A stretch of DNA of 61,470 nucleotides, filler included, from Globobulimina sp. (taxonomy: Eukaryota): assembly GCA_003354225.1 (NCBI GenBank). It is 21 parts of 21 records of this genome, joined end to end, with 100 filler letters (N's around TTAATTAATTAA, not from the genome) between each part and the next. Parts side by side here need not be neighbours in the genome. Positions count along the whole stretch, not along the records: positions 55,713 to 58,541 come from PIVH01004710.1; positions 58,642 to 61,470 come from PIVH01004711.1; 19 more parts are not named here. One strand, 5' to 3'. Positions 56,998 to 61,470 of the stretch are shown piece by piece (positions within the stretch are counted from its first letter, which is position 1; every line of letters begins with the position of its first letter). A model generated the notes under the pieces. The model ran no database searches, was not told where the DNA came from, and was given only the letters and a program-made list of their open reading frames with translations. The translations under genes and the position numbers were made by a program.

Positions 56998-57981
56998 ATG
57001 TTGATGTTGCAGACCGAAGGTCAAGTCCTGGTGGAATTACCATCCACGCTACCATCACCACTAAAGGCGTGTGAGGAAGAAAAAGAATGCCCCTTCTTCC
57101 CGGACAAATGCAACAATAAATATAAACTACCTTCAAAGAACGTGTGCCCAAAGTGGACGAGTCAAAAGTGGACGAGGAAGAATCCAAATAAAATATATCT
57201 ATTATTATACAATTTAATTATGCCATTTATAGTAATTACAGTTGCGGGATTATTTGCTTTTTTATTCCAATTACCGTTTCTATTCCCATCGTTAGGTCCG
57301 ACTGCGTTTCTACAGTTCTCTATTCCTGACAAACCACCAGCCGCTCCAAAAAATACATTAACTGGACATTTTATTGGCATTGTAGCCGGTTCATTAGCTC
57401 TGCAAATCTTTGATTTATACGAAGACGATGTTATGTTGGATGGTGTCAGCGTACAACGGATGTTTTGCGCGTCAACAGCAGTGGGGTTCACATGTTTTTT
57501 CATGATATTGTTGGAGGCGGCCCATCCGCCCGCGGGTGCAACCACATTGATTGTCAGCTTGGGTCTATTAAAAACACCCTTGCAATTAGCTTGTATTATG
57601 GGTGGTGTCTTATTGCTAACAATTCAAGCTTTGGGCATCAATCGTTTGTTCCGATTAGACGCTATTTATCCGTTTTGGAGTTCAGACGATGTCTCTAAGC
57701 CCGACTTAAAGCAGCCGGAACATCTTTTGTTGAGAGGATATTCTAAGATGAGATTGTCTCGAATGAATCTCAAAATCAACAAATTGAAGAATATGATGGA
57801 TACTTTGAACATGGATAATTTGTTGGAATATTTTGCACTTTGTACAGAATTAGAGAGTGATGAAGACCTTAAATTATTGATTAAATTTGCACAAAAAAAC
57901 AAAGAGCAGTTGTTTTCACTTAAAAAGTATAAGAAAGTAATTCCGTATTCTACGAGAGTTATCATAGCAGGAAGCGATTAG
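56998..57981 (+). CDS. HPP-family membrane protein
   Basis: FPSLGPTAFL.F..PD.P.A.PKN.L.GH, and AHPPAGATTL signature; 4-5 TM spans. Confidence 0.9.
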   Translation: MLMLQTEGQVLVELPSTLPSPLKACEEEKECPFFPDKCNNKYKLPSKNVCPKWTSQKWTRKNPNKIYLLLYNLIMPFIVITVAGLFAFLFQLPFLFPSLGPTAFLQFSIPDKPPAAPKNTLTGHFIGIVAGSLALQIFDLYEDDVMLDGVSVQRMFCASTAVGFTCFFMILLEAAHPPAGATTLIVSLGLLKTPLQLACIMGGVLLLTIQALGINRLFRLDAIYPFWSSDDVSKPDLKQPEHLLLRGYSKMRLSRMNLKINKLKNMMDTLNMDNLLEYFALCTELESDEDLKLLIKFAQKNKEQLFSLKKYKKVIPYSTRVIIAGSD

Positions 57982-58408
57982 TTGATTGAAAGAATTGGAA
58001 CACACCGTATTTAATTTATATATTGGATATGGAAAGAATCCGAGCCATATAGTATTAGCGTAAACATTAAGTTTTGTCCTCAGCAGTCTCTGTGTTTGGT
58101 GGCTCGCGTGCTTTCCGTTAACTATTTATTTTTTTATGCTGTTTTTGCCCTATTTAAGCTGTTTTTGTGTTATTTTAATTTTAAGCTGAATTTCCTTAGC
58201 CGTACATCTATAATACACTAGTATCTGTTATCGGAAATATGGTTTCATGCACAAACTTTCGTCAAGAAAAAGCACACAAACATGTTTGAGTATGTTCCAA
58301 CAGAAACACTCTCTGTTTTTTTGAAAGATATCATTGGACGAATTTACGTGATACATTTGTGATATTTGCGATTGTTTTTCTGTAAATAGTTTCAAATTTT
58401 GAATTGTT

Positions 58409-58541
58409 TATTTTGTTGGTTGTGCGCGAATTGTTTACTGTTGATTGGGTTGAGTTGATTTTTCTGCCTTTTAACCAGTTAACAATCATTGATCGTAATG
58501 TAGAGGCTGGTACTGGTTCAGTTCTTGTATACGTATTGTTT
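58409..58541 (-). repeat. Near-identical duplicate of the 3' part of the RING gene (56241-56373)
   Basis: About 133 nt with one visible substitution; the copies diverge after TTNKI. Confidence 0.85.
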
Positions 58542-58641
58542 NNNNNNNNNNNNNNNNNNNNNNNNNNNNNNNNNNNNNNNNNNNNTTAATTAATTAANNN
58601 NNNNNNNNNNNNNNNNNNNNNNNNNNNNNNNNNNNNNNNNN

Positions 58642-58888
58642 TCAATTAATATTGCAATATGAAGAGTTTAAGAGTAACCAAGATCAAGTTAATCATCTTC
58701 ACACTATGAATGATATTGTAATGTGGAAATCATTATTAAATGGATGCAACAAAAAGAAAAATACTGAAATGGCACAGGATATTTATGATGAAATGCAAGT
58801 AAGATTTGATATAAACAATTCAACTCAAGAAATGGCGTCGGCTGCTGTTCTGTTATCCAATTCGTATTGTTCTGTTACTGAGGAATAA
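58642..58888 (+). CDS. PPR protein C-terminal fragment with E-domain-like motif
   Basis: DIVMWKSLLNGC....N.EMA..IY.EM...SAAVLLSNSY resembles the E1/E2 extension of PLS-class PPR proteins. Confidence 0.65.
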
Positions 58889-59668
58889 TTGCTTTACACC
58901 TCACATTATAAAAAACATTATTTTCCACTTTCATTGCTAAACATTTTAACCATCCTTTCGTCCATCAAAGTGTTCATAATTGTCGAACACACAAACTTTG
59001 TAATATTAAAGGTACTCATAATTGTTCTATTATTATAGAGTTATAAATCTCTTTTTTCTATTTATTCTGATTACCTCCACAACTAATCACAATTCATAAT
59101 AATAAATTTATGACACATTAAACACGTCAAACTTATAGCAATTAACATCATCAATCTTAATGAACAATTCACAAATGAATACAACTGTAATTCAACAAAA
59201 TCTAATTCAAGCATCAGTCGACAAAGGTATTTATTACACACAACCGAACTGACAACGGCAACCACGCGATCATGGGATATGCATTAATTTCAAATAAATA
59301 AAACCAACAAATGATGAGATAATTTTAATTTCAATCCATGCTCAAGAATTTATTGGAATACGCATTTTCGCACTGAAAATAATAAAATTGGCGACGCATT
59401 ATTTATTAGTACGCCTTAACAAATTAAATCTAATTCTTCCTTAAGTCGTCAATTGCAATGTCGATCACTTGTTTGTTGGTCGCGATCTCACCACGAAAAC
59501 ACTGAAAACATGTTTGAATTGAATAGGGACTGTTTCTTTGTTTTTTTATTTATTTTATCCTCGCACCAGATCGGTTGGTTGTTTTTGTCGTTGTTCATTA
59601 TTTTGTATTCTCTCTGTTTTTAAAGCAAAAGTAATAACAATAAAAACAAATTAAATTGAAATAAACAG

Positions 59669-61470
59669 CACATCGAAGTAATCCGTCGCGGTCATCGCGG
59701 CGCAACAAATCAAGGGATAGATATAATAAAATAAATAAATCGAGCAAATCGCGAAGGAGTCGAAGTCGGGATCGGGACCGAAAAAAAGAACGAAGAGCTC
59801 ATTATGATCGAAACAAAAGAGATAGAAAAGAATCGAGAAAAGAAAGTAGAAAAGAGAGAGATAGGAAGAATAAGAGAGATTTGCGCAGAATGAATGGTGG
59901 CATTCTTATTAACAAAACTAATAAATCCGAGAGATCAGAAAGAGAAAGAAAGCGAAGACGCAGTCCATTACCTTTAAATAATAGAAAATCTAAACATTCT
60001 GAAGAATCACGGAGAAAAAGACGGAAATTGAACAATAACAAAATTGAGAATGGTAATAATAATTCTCTTTCTAATCAACAATATAATGTGACTTTTGATA
60101 TTAAGAGCAATGATAATATCAATGCTGTAAAAGATATTAAAAATCTTGTTTCAAATTCAAAAAATAAGACCAATATAGATATTGCCAATATTCCTGCTGT
60201 TTTACAGGATAAAAAAATTACCGCAAAAACACTTTCCGCACATGGAACACGCGGAAATGTTACAAGTTTAGTAAAAAAAACTGTGTACTTGCATCCTCAC
60301 CCAACATGTCGCCTTGTTCAAAACCGAACAGCACATCGATTAACAAGCAAAACCCGCAGTAAATCTAGGAGTGGCTCCGATGCATCGTCCTATTCGGGCA
60401 GTGATGTAAATATTAACCACAATAATGATCCAGACACTGATTCTTGCACTGATAATGAATCTGAAAATTCATCCGATGGCTCTTCATCTTATTCAGGCTC
60501 CGATAGTGATTACACCACAGATTCAAACTCATCCTCTGAGGATGAAGATGTTGAGGACATAAACACAAATCCATCGAAAATAAAAGCAAATAATCCAGCC
60601 ATGCCTGTAAAAATTAAGCGGGATCATCATGTTCATAGAGAGCGAGGGAGAGATCGAGAGAGGAGACAGAAATCAAAACATCATCATGATAGGGATAGAA
60701 CTCGCGAGCGAAGGCCCAGAGATCGGAGAGTCAGAGATAGAAATAATATCAATATCAATATGAATAACAACAACAAAGCCAATGGTATGGATAATATGCG
60801 TCGGAAAACTCGCGGCCGTACTCCAAATTGGTTGGACCATCAAGAAAAGGAATGGTTTAAAGCCATGGAGATGTTGACCAAGTTCAACCATCGCAAGAAT
60901 TATCGGGATAAATTCTTGCAAGTCTTTGAAGGTGCGGTATACAGTAAATTTGAACATTTTTGGCATAATAACGCCTTTCCCACTGCCCAGGACCTAAAAG
61001 CATTAGAGTCCATATTTGAGAAATCATATTTTGAACATTTCAATTCCATCCGCCAAGTCAGGGAATACCAACAAAACATGCAAAGACAACAAAATGCGCA
61101 TGCGACCACTGCCAATATTCAACATAATGCACGCAATAATAATCAAGCAATGATGGTCAACAATAACAATAACAATGACAATAATATTAATAACAGCAAT
61201 ACTAATAATAACAGCACTGTCTCCTCCTATCCACAAGTGCAAAACATCCAAAATCGAAATAAAAATAAGGCGTCAAACCATCCACAAATTCCGTCACAAC
61301 CAACGGACTTATTATCAATGTTGAATTTAGGCGATGACTTGAATGCAAATATACAAAATATACAAGCGTTGTTAGCAATGAGTGCGCAGCAACAGCAGCC
61401 GCAGCAGACTGATCAAAGGAGGACACTGAGAGTGCCATCTCGACTGCAACAAAACAACAATAATGCAGTC
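59669..61470 (+). CDS. Large exon of an RS/RD/RE-rich, Ser/acidic and Asn/Gln-rich low-complexity protein (partial)
   Basis: Frame stays open from the AAACAG acceptor at 59668 to the window end (HRSNPSRSSRRNKSRDR...RSRSRDRDRKKER...). Absent from the ORF track because no stop codon is reached. Confidence 0.7.

Noticed and set aside
2835-58641. Regularly spaced TTAATTAATTAA motif every ~2.93 kb, resembling a repeat array or nanochromosome ends
   Set aside because: Embedded in fixed-length N runs between length-sorted contigs; an artificial linker. Cross-linker gene neighbourhoods and ORF tails with X or 'LIN' are artefacts.
1-61470. Alternative genetic code, rRNA or tRNA genes
   Set aside because: Conserved genes read through with the standard code once introns are removed, TAA/TAG/TGA all act as stops, and no rRNA or tRNA was recognised by eye.

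Overview
This window is not one locus. It is 21 unlinked contigs of about 2.83 kb, sorted by decreasing length and joined by artificial 100-nt N44-TTAATTAATTAA-N44 linkers, so adjacency across a linker means nothing. Most contigs come from an AT-rich, gene-dense eukaryote with short GT-AG introns (mostly 50-90 nt) and very short head-to-head intergenic gaps. The repertoire (7TM-RGS fusions, MATH/LRR/F-box proteins, E-type PPR) suggests a rhizarian, probably a foraminiferan (inference). Two repeat-rich contigs (17604-20436, 35197-38028) and possibly the retroelement contig may come from another organism. Recognisable content: a 5-exon U1A/U2B''-family gene, a complete Penelope-like retroelement, a desaturase/cyclopropane-synthase divergent pair, a USP, a scramblase, a heme peroxidase, PGAP1, acyltransferase-3, GH16, an HPP protein, two 7TM-RGS genes and MITE-like palindromes. 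The strongest candidate for an undescribed system is in intron 3 of the U1A-family gene. It holds a hairpin mimicking U1 snRNA stem-loop II, a U2 stem-loop-IV-like motif over a cryptic 3' splice site, and a stop-containing cassette exon, consistent with splicing-based autoregulation. Other highlights: a variant (U3-A8) minimal hammerhead ribozyme in the Penelope element, a receptor with two phage-like putative macro-fold domains plus a RING, a RelA/SpoT-like protein, and a membrane-anchored PCSK9-C-terminal-like domain. All family calls come from motif recognition by eye, not database searches.
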